From NCBI GenBank assembly GCA_036444275.1, contig JAZGAD010000014.1, positions 8,131 to 72,130 on the forward strand: a DNA stretch of 64,000 nt, given 5' to 3'. This document shows, piece after piece, positions 1-8,601 of the stretch (positions are counted from its first letter, which is position 1; each line of letters starts with the position of its first letter). The notes beneath the pieces were generated by a model. That model ran no database searches. It saw nothing but the letters and a program-made list of their open reading frames with translations, and was not told the DNA's origin. A program made the translations under genes and the position numbers. This stretch comes from Candidatus Hydrothermarchaeales archaeon (GTDB lineage: Archaea; Hydrothermarchaeota; Hydrothermarchaeia; Hydrothermarchaeales; JAZGAD01).

Positions 1-2052
1 TTCGAACCTAAGAAGATCACAAACGCCATCCATAAGGCCATAGTGGCGCTAAACGAAGGTGACGAAGAACTATCGGAGCAGTTAACGAAAGAAGTGGTCG
101 GGATAATAGAAAAGGACTACACCGGTAGAATACCAAGTGTCGAGGACGTCCAGGATATCGTGGAGGAGGCCTTGATAGAGTCTGGCCACGTTAAGGTGGC
201 GAAGGCTTACATTATATACCGTCAAAAGCGAAGTGAGGAGAGGGACAAAAAGGCGCTCATGGGTATACGGGACGATCTCAAGCTCACATTGAATGCAGCC
301 AAAGTTCTGGAAAGAAGGTACCTGAAGAAAGATGATAAGGCTAACACTATAGAGACTCCTAGTGAGATGTTTCGTCGTGTCGCTAGGAATGTTGCGCAGG
401 CTGATTTACTCTATGATCCTGACGCGGACGTGGCTGTGACTGAAGAGGAGTTTTATCGTCTCATGTCCAGTCTTGACTTCCTGCCTAATTCTCCGACGCT
501 AATGAACGCTGGTACTGAAATACAACAGCTTTCAGCATGCTTCGTCCTTCCAGTGGATGACTCAATGGATGGAATATTCGGGGCTTTAAGGGCTATGGCC
601 CTAATCCACCAGAGTGGTGGCGGTACCGGTTTCTCATTCTCGAAACTACGTCCAAAGGGGGATATCGTCAAATCTACTATGGGCGTTGCATCGGGCCCCC
701 TTTCTTTTATGAGAATATTTGATGTTTCTACTGATGTGATAAAGCAGGGCGGCAGGAGGAGAGGTGCCAACATGGGCATCCTCCGCGTGGATCACCCTGA
801 CATCCTAGAATTCATAGTATCCAAGGAGACAGAAGGCTTTCTGGCGAATTTTAACATATCTGTTGGAATAACCGACGAATTCATAAAGGCTGTGCAGGAG
901 GATCGAGAACTTGCCTTAGTGAACCCGAGGAACAGTAAGCAGATAAAGAAGCTCAGAGCCAAGGACGTTTTTGACCTCATAGCCACCATGGCTTGGCGTA
1001 CAGGAGATCCGGGGATAATCTTTTTGGATCGTATTAACAGGGACAACCCTACTCCTGCTTTGGGTGAGATCGAAAGTACTAATCCCTGTGGGGAATTGCC
1101 TCTTCTGCCCTACGAGTCCTGCAACCTCGGCTCTATCAATCTATCCAAGATGGTGACGGATGGAAAGGTCGATTGGGAAAAGTTAGAGAAGACAGTGCAT
1201 TTGGCGGTCCATTTTCTTGATAATATCATAGACATGAACAAGTATCCCTTTCCGGAGATAAAGGAGATGACTAAAGGTAATAGGAAGATCGGCCTTGGCG
1301 TTATGGGCTACGCGGACATGCTGGTCCAGCTGGGTATCTCCTACGGTACCGAGGAGGCCGTTGCCTTAGCTGGCGAAGTGATGCAGTTCATTAACGAAGA
1401 AGCAAGGAAGGCATCTGCCGAGCTGGCTAGAGTTCGAGGCTCTTTCCCGAATTTCGAGAAAAGTGTCTGGAGGAAGAGGGGCTACGAGGCAATGCGAAAC
1501 GCAACCTTGACCACTGTTGCACCTACGGGTACTATCAGCATAATCGCCGGAATCAATAGTGGTATAGAACCCTTGTTTGCCGTCTCCTTCATGCGCAGTG
1601 TCATGGGCACTCAACTCTTAGAGGTCAACCCATTTTTCGAAGAGGATGCCAAGAAAGGTGGTTTCTATTCGAAGGAGCTCATGATAAAGATCGCTCGATT
1701 GGGCTCTATCCAGGCTATAGCGGAGATACCTGAAGGTGTTAGGCGTGCGTTTGTAACTTCTCATGATATTGCTCCTGAGTGGCATGTCAGGATGCAGGCG
1801 GCTTTCCAAGAGCATGTTGACAATGCAGTCTCCAAGACGGTTAACCTGCCCAACAACGCTTCTATTGAGGATGTTAGAATGATTTTCTTATTGGCGCATG
1901 AGCTAGGATGCAAGGGTATTACCGTATATAGATACGGGAGCAAGCCAGAGCAAGTCCTGAACATTGTCTCTACTCCAGAGAAGGGTGAAGAGCTAAGCGT
2001 GGATTCAGAGTTCGCGTCGGGGTGCCGCCCTGATGGGGTGTGCCCTTACTAG
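1..2052 (+). CDS. nrdJ: Class II (adenosylcobalamin-dependent) ribonucleotide reductase; 5' end cut by window edge
   Basis: Frame 1 is open from nt 1 (FEPKKITNAIHKAI...), so the N-terminal ATP-cone continues upstream of the GTG at 43 listed in the ORF track. Catalytic loop TNPCGELPLLPYESCNLGSINL (nt ~1078-1146). C-terminal redox Cys pair ...GCRPDGVCPY. No intein insertion. Confidence 0.9.
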   Translation, partial: FEPKKITNAIHKAIVALNEGDEELSEQLTKEVVGIIEKDYTGRIPSVEDVQDIVEEALIESGHVKVAKAYIIYRQKRSEERDKKALMGIRDDLKLTLNAAKVLERRYLKKDDKANTIETPSEMFRRVARNVAQADLLYDPDADVAVTEEEFYRLMSSLDFLPNSPTLMNAGTEIQQLSACFVLPVDDSMDGIFGALRAMALIHQSGGGTGFSFSKLRPKGDIVKSTMGVASGPLSFMRIFDVSTDVIKQGGRRRGANMGILRVDHPDILEFIVSKETEGFLANFNISVGITDEFIKAVQEDRELALVNPRNSKQIKKLRAKDVFDLIATMAWRTGDPGIIFLDRINRDNPTPALGEIESTNPCGELPLLPYESCNLGSINLSKMVTDGKVDWEKLEKTVHLAVHFLDNIIDMNKYPFPEIKEMTKGNRKIGLGVMGYADMLVQLGISYGTEEAVALAGEVMQFINEEARKASAELARVRGSFPNFEKSVWRKRGYEAMRNATLTTVAPTGTISIIAGINSGIEPLFAVSFMRSVMGTQLLEVNPFFEEDAKKGGFYSKELMIKIARLGSIQAIAEIPEGVRRAFVTSHDIAPEWHVRMQAAFQEHVDNAVSKTVNLPNNASIEDVRMIFLLAHELGCKGITVYRYGSKPEQVLNIVSTPEKGEELSVDSEFASGCRPDGVCPY

Positions 2053-2282
2053 GCGTTTCAATCATATCTTCTAGCTTCCAATACTAACGCGTGTGTTCGA
2101 GTTGTTAAGGTTCTCTAACCATCATCTAAATTTCGGATAGGGGATAGAAACTTTAGTTGATTATTCTAATTTTAGTGACTGTTTATATTAAAAAAATTCA
2201 TTCGAAAGTTTTTTAAAAGGGATAATGGAGTAGGATTTTAATAGTTACTTATAGCAGCGTTAGATAATCAAAGGAGGTGTTC

Positions 2283-4244
2283 ATGGCTTCCAAGTCTGGG
2301 GTCAAGATAGTTAAATCGTCAGGAGACTTAGCGGTATTTGATCCAAATGTGATAACTACTGAGTGTGTGGAAGCCGGGATAGAATTCTGGACCGCTGCCG
2401 ATGCGGCGCTGGCGGTATCCAAGGGCATCTACGACGGTATAAGCACCAAGGATATCCAAGAGCGCTTGGAGAAGGTTCTCTTAGAGACGAGCCCAGAGGC
2501 AGCTGAGCGCTATCGAAGGTTCCACAGCATGCTGGTGAGGACCTCCCGGAATACTATCGAGTCCTTTGATAGGAAACGAATTGCTTCTTCCCTCATGAAA
2601 GAGACAAAGCTCCCCAAGGAGCTCGCTGAGAACGTTGCAAAAGAGAGCGAAGAGGAGCTGAGGCGGGTGAAGCTGGATTTCATATCAGCACCCTTGATAA
2701 GAGAAGTGGTGAATGTCAAGTTATTGGAGCACGGCTTCGAGGACGCCAGGGCTGACTATACTCGGCTTGGAATACCGGTCTTTGATGCCTCTCAACTTGT
2801 TGAAGCAGGTGCAGCCGGAGAGGGCAAGAGCCCCCAAGTCATGCACAAATTAATGGCTGACAACGTGCTTCGGGAATACACCCTACTAAAGGTTCTACCG
2901 CTCCACCAAGCGGATGCCCACATGCGTGGAGAGATACATATCCATGCCCTTGAATGCTTTGTCACCAAGCCATATAGCTTCTGCCACAACCTTAGATATT
3001 TCTTCCAAACAGGCTTAGTTAGCGACTCTCTAGAGGAACGAGTGACTACCGGTCCCGCTAAGAGGCCTGAGGTGGCCATCCTCCATGTAGCGCAGCTGTT
3101 GCAGGATGCGCAGTCGCATTTCTCGGGTCCACAGCGCATCGAGCATTTTAATTACTTCCTTGCTCCGTATCTCGAGGGGTTGAAGCCAGAGGAGGTAATG
3201 CAGTTGGCTCAGAGCTTCGTTTATGAGATGAGCCAGAGGCGGGTGATGAGCGAAATATGCATAGATTACTTCTGCCCCGATAGTATAGGCGATCTTAAGG
3301 CAGTCAAAGCTGGGGGCACAGTAAAAGGTAAGTACCGGGATTATAAAGATGAAGCCAGAGCCTTTGCAGATGCCCTCACTCAAGTATACCTGAAAGGGGA
3401 TCATAAGGGTAGGGCGTTCCTATATCCAAAAGCGATATATTCGATTAAGAAAGAAGGTAAAGATGATAAGGCATTCATGAGTTTAGTTCACAAATTAGCC
3501 CTTAAATACGGCACGCCTACTTTTGCTGTTCTCGATGGTGAAGAGCCTAACCAAGGTACTCTACAGGCTGTAACCTTGAACATGCCCAGGATAGCATACG
3601 AATCTGGCGAGGAGGGTAAATTTTATGAGATACTGGATGACCGCTTGGCTATGGCCAGGGAAGTGATCATGGTGAAAAGGGACGTAATCAAGCGGAGGCT
3701 TGAGCAGGGGATGCTTCCTTTCCTCAGTCAAACGATAGGGGACGCTCCCTACTATTCCCTGGATGAGGTGCTTCATACCATTGCCTTCCTCGGGATAAAT
3801 GAGGCAGCCAAGGCACAAGTAGGTGCTGAACTCCACGAGAGTAACGATGCCTGGAGGTTTGGCTTGCAGGTGATGAGGCATATCTATAAAGTATTGCAAG
3901 AATGGACCGAAGAGACGCAGCTCAAATGGGCACTGACTGAGAGCAATGAGGACACAGCTAGACGCCTGGCCAAGCTTGATTATGGACAGTTCAGCGACAG
4001 ATCCCTAATAGGAGACCCAGAGAATCCATCTTATACCGGTGCGTGCTTCCTTAGCAGCGAGGCAGAGCTGAGCCCCTTAAGAAAGCTCCAGGTCGAGGGG
4101 GCCTTCCATCCTTATTGTAGGGTCATTGCTCAAGCAGAGGTAACGGCAAAGTCTGCAAGTACTCTCTTCGATTTCAGCAAGAAGATCCTTGAGGATACCG
4201 AAGTTAAGCGGTGGCGTTACTTAGCACGGGAAGTGAAAGCTTGA
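2283..4244 (+). CDS. Class III (NrdD-like) ribonucleotide reductase homologue with two N-terminal ATP-cone-like segments; no recognisable glycyl-radical C-terminus
   Basis: The ORF is open from GTG 2277, but ATG 2283 follows AGGAGGTG (2272-2279). ATP-cone-like segments VKIVKSSGDLAVFDP... and IESFDRKRIASSLMKE... NrdD-type motifs GEIHIHAL and AVTLNMPRIAYES. The last ~90 aa lack the CxxC zinc ribbon and the R-x-x-G-Y glycyl-radical motif. Confidence 0.7.
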   Translation: MASKSGVKIVKSSGDLAVFDPNVITTECVEAGIEFWTAADAALAVSKGIYDGISTKDIQERLEKVLLETSPEAAERYRRFHSMLVRTSRNTIESFDRKRIASSLMKETKLPKELAENVAKESEEELRRVKLDFISAPLIREVVNVKLLEHGFEDARADYTRLGIPVFDASQLVEAGAAGEGKSPQVMHKLMADNVLREYTLLKVLPLHQADAHMRGEIHIHALECFVTKPYSFCHNLRYFFQTGLVSDSLEERVTTGPAKRPEVAILHVAQLLQDAQSHFSGPQRIEHFNYFLAPYLEGLKPEEVMQLAQSFVYEMSQRRVMSEICIDYFCPDSIGDLKAVKAGGTVKGKYRDYKDEARAFADALTQVYLKGDHKGRAFLYPKAIYSIKKEGKDDKAFMSLVHKLALKYGTPTFAVLDGEEPNQGTLQAVTLNMPRIAYESGEEGKFYEILDDRLAMAREVIMVKRDVIKRRLEQGMLPFLSQTIGDAPYYSLDEVLHTIAFLGINEAAKAQVGAELHESNDAWRFGLQVMRHIYKVLQEWTEETQLKWALTESNEDTARRLAKLDYGQFSDRSLIGDPENPSYTGACFLSSEAELSPLRKLQVEGAFHPYCRVIAQAEVTAKSASTLFDFSKKILEDTEVKRWRYLAREVKA

Positions 4245-4258
4245 ACAAGAAGGAATTC

Positions 4259-4408
4259 ATGGAATACAAGCGTGAAAGGCTGAAAGAGATCGCTGTGGTG
4301 ATAAAGGAGAGTAGCGGACAGATGAACATGAATCCTCAGAAAATGGAGTTAGAAGATATGCAGGATAGGTTGGAGAAGTTGAAGAACTCCTACCCCTGGT
4401 TGAGATGA
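4259..4408 (+). CDS. Small helical hypothetical protein (49 aa), possible partner of the downstream PIN-like protein
   Basis: The ORF-track start 4211 overlaps the end of the NrdD-like gene. ATG 4259 is preceded by GAAGGAA. Its stop lies 7 nt before the next start (4416). No family recognised. Confidence 0.35.
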   Translation: MEYKRERLKEIAVVIKESSGQMNMNPQKMELEDMQDRLEKLKNSYPWLR

Positions 4409-4415
4409 GTGGGAA

Positions 4416-4742
4416 ATGCCAATAGACATAATCTTAGATGCCAACATACCCAAGAAGGTGAAGAACCTAAATGACAATAGGAGAGTGCTTCACATAGGGG
4501 ACGTAGATACTCACATGGTGGACGAAGACATCCTACACCTCGCTGGTAAGCTGGGCCACTGTCTCTTAGTGACCCACGATAGGGAGTTGGCCTTTCGGGC
4601 TTCGAAGAAGAGGAAAACTCTGTTTATACAAAAGAGCGTCAGCGCCGAGGATATAATCTATTGTATCGAGAAGAATAAGAAGTTGCTCAAGACCGCGAGC
4701 ATCTTCTGCGAGAATGGTGTAAAATGTAAGAATTGCAAATGA
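4416..4742 (+). CDS. DUF5615/Mut7-C-like PIN-fold protein (toxin-like)
   Basis: The pattern IDIILDANIPKKV...DEDILHLAGKLGHCLLVTHDRELAF matches the LDENLP...D.EIL..A....LVT.D.DF layout of DUF5615 PIN-like domains. The C-terminus CENGVKCKNCK is Cys-rich. Confidence 0.5.
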   Translation: MPIDIILDANIPKKVKNLNDNRRVLHIGDVDTHMVDEDILHLAGKLGHCLLVTHDRELAFRASKKRKTLFIQKSVSAEDIIYCIEKNKKLLKTASIFCENGVKCKNCK

Positions 4743-4795
4743 GGGAAAGAGGGCGAGGGCCTATTGACCAAACGGCGTCACCACCTCCTCTGCTG

Positions 4796-4801
4796 TTTTT
4801 T
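4796..4801 (+). terminator. Oligo-T tract between convergent genes (archaeal-type terminator candidate)
   Basis: T6 run (ctgcTGTTTTTTcat) about 55 nt after the 4742 stop, in the 134-bp gap before the convergent V4R gene. Confidence 0.3.
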
Positions 4802-4876
4802 CATCCCTCGTCCTCCCCTTTCTTTGAGTCATATTGTGAACTAAAGGGGAAATCAAATAAAAACTAAATTAGAAAT

Positions 4877-5377
4877 TTATTTTGAGAATATATCTCTCCT
4901 ATCTCGCATGGCGAGCATCCTCTCGTCGTCGCTCGCCTTAACCAGGAATTTGAAGAGGCACTTAGGAGCACCCTTGGAGATGACCTCTGGTAATAACAAT
5001 TCGCCCTCTGGAAAGGCCCCCGTAAAGAGGCTCTTCCAGGTGCCATAGTGGAAGCTGCAAGTAGCATACCTGTCTACCTTCATTATATCCTCAAAGGGGC
5101 ACGTGTTAACCTTCATTATCACGCTATCTGCGCTTGCCTCGAATTCTACATCAGTACCCAGCTCTGAATGGACACCCTGCTTAACAGCTTCTATCCATCC
5201 CTCTATGGTCCATTCCTCTGGCTTACGTACCTTATCTTTGAAGATCTTTTGCCCTGCCTTCTCAGCGCTAATCCTCGCGATCGTAGGATTCCTGGTCAGC
5301 TTCCAAGAGGTCTCAACTGATCTTATGAACCATCTACCATAGAGGTAGACCTTGAAGTCGTTGTTTGTTTTATCCAT
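4877..5377 (-). CDS. V4R (4-vinyl reductase-like) domain protein, last gene of the KaiC/Roadblock operon
   Basis: The C-terminal half NTCPFEDIMKV...ATCSFHYGTWKSLFTGAF...KGAPKCLFKF has the spaced Cys/Gly pattern of V4R domains. It lies 43 nt downstream of the Roadblock gene on the same strand. Confidence 0.55.
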   Translation of the reverse strand: MDKTNNDFKVYLYGRWFIRSVETSWKLTRNPTIARISAEKAGQKIFKDKVRKPEEWTIEGWIEAVKQGVHSELGTDVEFEASADSVIMKVNTCPFEDIMKVDRYATCSFHYGTWKSLFTGAFPEGELLLPEVISKGAPKCLFKFLVKASDDERMLAMRDRRDIFSK

Positions 5378-5420
5378 CTCTATCCTATCCTTTAGGGCTT
5401 AGCGACTATTCTTCATTCCC

Positions 5421-5798
5421 TCATAATAGTCCTTTTACCTTTTCACTGGCTTTCTCCATCTCCACCAATATCAATCCAAGTCCAGCCTCAGGTGTCGTCA
5501 TAACCACGAGCAGCGCCTTCGAGCCAGCACCCGTCGCTATCACCTTACCCTCTTTAGATTCAACTATCACCCTATCTGGCACGCCCTTCTTCAACTCTGA
5601 TATAGCGGTCTCTGCAGCACCGAGCATAGTAGCGCTCATAGCTGCAAAAGTCTCACCATGAATCCCACTCGGAATGTCCGATGCCATAAGCAAGCCATCC
5701 CTAGATACAACTGCACTAGCCTCAATATCCCCAACCCTCTTAATCTGCGCTAGAACCTTCTCCAAATCTTCTTTTAACATTTTTTCAGGCCCCAACAA
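5421..5798 (-). CDS. Roadblock/LC7 (MglB-like) domain protein
   Basis: VGDIEASAVVSRDGLLMASDIPSG...ETFAAMSATMLGAAETA...VIVESKEGKVIATGAGSKALLVVMT is a textbook Roadblock/LC7 pattern. It overlaps the upstream GTPase gene by 14 nt. Confidence 0.85.
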   Translation of the reverse strand: MLGPEKMLKEDLEKVLAQIKRVGDIEASAVVSRDGLLMASDIPSGIHGETFAAMSATMLGAAETAISELKKGVPDRVIVESKEGKVIATGAGSKALLVVMTTPEAGLGLILVEMEKASEKVKGLL

Positions 5799-6948
5799 CC
5801 ATATTGACTATAGTTTCAAAGGCTTCTACTACACCTTTCTTTTCAGTAGCAACAACTGGAAGTATCTTTATCTCTTCCCCTATCTGCATCTTCTCCCTTA
5901 TCTCCTTTTCGCTGAGGGCTCCTTCTAAGTCCTGTTTATTCGCAACTATTATATAAGGCAATCCATGCACTTTGATCAACTCCAGCATAGCCTTCGCCCT
6001 GGCGAAATCCTGGGGCTTCGTTGAGTCTATGACGACGAAGACCCCATACGCCTCTTTGCCCAGGAGCTTGAGAAGGGGATCGAAGCGCTCCTGCCCAGGT
6101 GTCCCGAAGAGGTCGACTGAGAAGCCCATGTGGTCTACGTGCCCATGATCTAGGGCTACCGTTGTGCCCAGTCTATCCACGGATACTGCCCTAGTTGAAA
6201 GTGAATGTATAAATGTCGACTTGCCTGCGTTGAAGGGCCCGGTAACAAGCAGCTTGGGTATGTATACTTTCACACCCCCTGGCTTGGTAACCCTGAAGAG
6301 GACGTATCTCTTTTCAGCTTCACACCAGTTCGCCCTTATTATGCCATAGTACTGTCCAAATAGAATTCTTCCGCCTACGCCTCCAATATCAACGACACAG
6401 TCGAAGAGTTCCTCCTTAATCTTCCTGAGGATCTCTTCAGGATAGGGCCAGGCTGTAAAGTTGTAGATGCCGATACTGTCGTTTAACATGATGTTCTTAT
6501 TCCACTCCTTCAAGTATTCATCGATATTCTCTCCGCAGAGGTCCACGATCTGGGAGAGTGACCCATGGACAACTCCGCCGTGTTCGAAGTCATCGATGGC
6601 CCTGCTGATAGTGTCGTTTAGGTTTTGAATATCGCCTGGGTCATCCACTACATATCGTTCATCGGATTGAATCCCCATTAACCCAGAGAAGGCGTCTAGT
6701 ATGGCAAACCTATCCCCATATCTCTCGATGTCCCAACCATAGTCCATGAACTCCTCCCTGACCATCGAGGGCTCTATAGTAGTGGTTATGAAGAGCCCCT
6801 TACCCCCCTGTTCTAAGTGGCTGATGAGGGTCTGCATCCCGAATACCTCGCCGGCGACACCAGGCTGTGTGTAGTAACATATGCTCTTTCCCTTTGGGAT
6901 CCCTCCATGTAAATAATCGTCCAATTTCGGTATCCCTGTCTTTATCAT
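5785..6948 (-). CDS. Fusion protein: inactivated KaiC/RecA-like N-domain (nt ~6268-6948) + small Ras-superfamily GTPase (COG2229/MglA-like, nt 5785-6267)
   Basis: The N-terminus IKTGIPKLDDYLHGGIPKGKSICYYTQPGVAGEVFG has the KaiC-like entry motif but no GK[ST] P-loop. The C-terminus has G1 GPFNAGKST (6217-6240), G3 DLFGTPGQERF and G4 NKQD. It overlaps the upstream gene by 4 nt (ATGA). Confidence 0.8.
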   Translation of the reverse strand: MIKTGIPKLDDYLHGGIPKGKSICYYTQPGVAGEVFGMQTLISHLEQGGKGLFITTTIEPSMVREEFMDYGWDIERYGDRFAILDAFSGLMGIQSDERYVVDDPGDIQNLNDTISRAIDDFEHGGVVHGSLSQIVDLCGENIDEYLKEWNKNIMLNDSIGIYNFTAWPYPEEILRKIKEELFDCVVDIGGVGGRILFGQYYGIIRANWCEAEKRYVLFRVTKPGGVKVYIPKLLVTGPFNAGKSTFIHSLSTRAVSVDRLGTTVALDHGHVDHMGFSVDLFGTPGQERFDPLLKLLGKEAYGVFVVIDSTKPQDFARAKAMLELIKVHGLPYIIVANKQDLEGALSEKEIREKMQIGEEIKILPVVATEKKGVVEAFETIVNMVVGA

Positions 6949-7655
6949 TCTCGCACCTCCATGATTCTACCCTCTTGGATTGCGTACTTGAAAATTGGAT
7001 TTGATGCAGAGAGGCCGGAGACCCTTATATACTTGCCTCCGCTTTCTTGCTTCATTTCTATTAATCCTTGGCAGAGCTGTCTAACAGTGGCTAAAACTTC
7101 TGGGCCATGCATCCCCTCCTCCAAGGTGTAGATACCGACGCATCCAGCTGCCCTTATCCTGCCGCTGAAGACATAGAGGAACCGGTATAGAATTTGGATG
7201 TTAGAGAACATGAGTAGGTTGGAGAGCGACTCAACAACCACAACCGTCTCTTTCAGGAGCAGTTCCTTGTAAAACCTTGTTAGAAATCGATTCAGGCCTA
7301 TAGAGATGCCATTGAGGTCGACAGCGCTCGAAACCTGTACGACGTTTGAAGCGTGCTTTCCAGTGCTAAAACCTAGGGTTCGTGATATGGAGTCTATGAT
7401 CCCGATTCTATCTTCATGAGGCCTCATATCCATCCCATGGCTTGCAAACCAATCCTTAAGCTGGTCGGCAGTATCCTTTGTGGTGATATATATGCCGCCG
7501 CCGCCGCCCTTTAGGACCTCGTAGAAGAGATTCCTGACTAAAACGCCTTTCCCTACCATAGGGGGGCCGGAGAGCAGAATGTTCGATCTAGGAGCTACAG
7601 CTCCAATTTGCCTATCTAGGAAATCTATTCCAAAAGAATAGGTCACATTATACAC
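6945..7655 (-). CDS. KaiC/RecA-like ATPase-fold protein with degenerate Walker A
   Basis: FGIDFLDRQIG....ILLSGPPMVGKGVL (P-loop at 7545-7568 reads GPPMVGKG; Lys is kept but Ser/Thr is replaced by Gly). The Walker B-like strand VVVVESLSNL has Glu in place of Asp. Confidence 0.7.
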   Translation of the reverse strand: MYNVTYSFGIDFLDRQIGAVAPRSNILLSGPPMVGKGVLVRNLFYEVLKGGGGGIYITTKDTADQLKDWFASHGMDMRPHEDRIGIIDSISRTLGFSTGKHASNVVQVSSAVDLNGISIGLNRFLTRFYKELLLKETVVVVESLSNLLMFSNIQILYRFLYVFSGRIRAAGCVGIYTLEEGMHGPEVLATVRQLCQGLIEMKQESGGKYIRVSGLSASNPIFKYAIQEGRIMEVRE

Positions 7656-7717
7656 CTTTGTATTTATTCTATCCCTTTCTCTTTCTCTTTAATCTATTAA
7701 ATATTTTCTTATCGAGG

Positions 7718-8452
7718 TTATATGAAGACTTTCTCCTCTGGGAAGACGGTGATGCCATTGTCCTCGATGATAAAAGGATGTGTCTCAAGGGAGTGCCTGC
7801 TTTGACGCATCTTCCGTACTGTTAGAGTCCTGACTACTCGTCCCTCAGCCAGTATCAAATCCATATGGATAACGCCACGCAGTAGGAATTCCTCAACGCC
7901 GTATCGGCTTATCTTATTCGGTGCTAAGGTCTCAGTGGTCATGAGGGAGGTGCATCCCAGCTCAAGAAGGAGGGAGGAAAGCCTGAATATTGTTTTCCTT
8001 GTCTCTATGGCATTTTCCAGGCCGAATTCCAACGCCGGGAGTGTATCTACTACAACGCGTTGAGCATCGATCCTCCCGACAGCAGCGGAGATAAGAGTCA
8101 TCAACTTCTCTATGTCGTATCCAGGGCCTATGGCAAAGCCCTTGTTCACCTTTATAGGAATCTTTATGGTAGAGGCATCTATGATCATCAACTTCCTCTC
8201 GTCCTCAAGCTTTTGAAAGTCCCAGCCGAACTCTGCCATTTCAGCCTTTAGGTCCTGGGGCCTCTCCTCTAGGGAGACGAGTACTCCGTTCTCGTCGTAT
8301 TGGGTTGCTCCGTTGTACAGGAACTGGGAGGAAAGAATGCTCTTCCCAGTGCCAGATTCTCCTGCTATCAATATGCTTGAGCCCTTTGGAATACCTCCAT
8401 TAAGGATTTCATCCAGTCCGGGTATTCCGGTCTTAGTCTTAGTTTTAGCCAT
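7718..8452 (-). CDS. KaiC-like (COG0467) single-domain ATPase, intact Walker A
   Basis: TGIPGLDEILNGGIPKGSSILIAGESGTGKS (P-loop 8339-8362) and Walker B LMIIDAS. I prefer ATG 8452 (preceded by GGGAG) over the ORF-track start 8539, because a TATA-like block (8481-8500) lies inside the longer version. Confidence 0.85.
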   Translation of the reverse strand: MAKTKTKTGIPGLDEILNGGIPKGSSILIAGESGTGKSILSSQFLYNGATQYDENGVLVSLEERPQDLKAEMAEFGWDFQKLEDERKLMIIDASTIKIPIKVNKGFAIGPGYDIEKLMTLISAAVGRIDAQRVVVDTLPALEFGLENAIETRKTIFRLSSLLLELGCTSLMTTETLAPNKISRYGVEEFLLRGVIHMDLILAEGRVVRTLTVRKMRQSRHSLETHPFIIEDNGITVFPEEKVFI

Positions 8453-8480
8453 CTCCCAGCCTTCTCTATTGAATTGACCC

Positions 8481-8500
8481 TTATTATATATTATATGTAT
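8481..8500 (-). promoter_or_regulatory. TATA-like AT block, candidate promoter of the KaiC/Roadblock operon
   Basis: The minus strand reads acatacatataatatataataagg, 29-48 nt upstream of ATG 8452. Confidence 0.4.
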
Positions 8501-8601
8501 GTGTTTATTTTCTGTTTCATTTCCCCTTCCCCTTCCCATTTCATTTCTAATGCGGACTATTTTGACTGTGACTGGTATCTTCTCTGAAAACTTCCTCAGC
8601 T

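Noticed and set aside
5103-5928. Plus-strand ORFs 5103..5342, 5365..5661 and 5674..5928.
   Set aside because: They lie antisense to the well-supported V4R, Roadblock and GTPase genes and have low-complexity S/P/L composition.
7718-8539. The longer 273-aa version of the first KaiC-like gene (start 8539).
   Set aside because: The extra 29 aa (MGRGRGNETENKHIHIIYNK...) are translated from the AT-rich TATA-like block. ATG 8452 has a GGGAG upstream and begins right at the conserved KaiC-like N-terminus.
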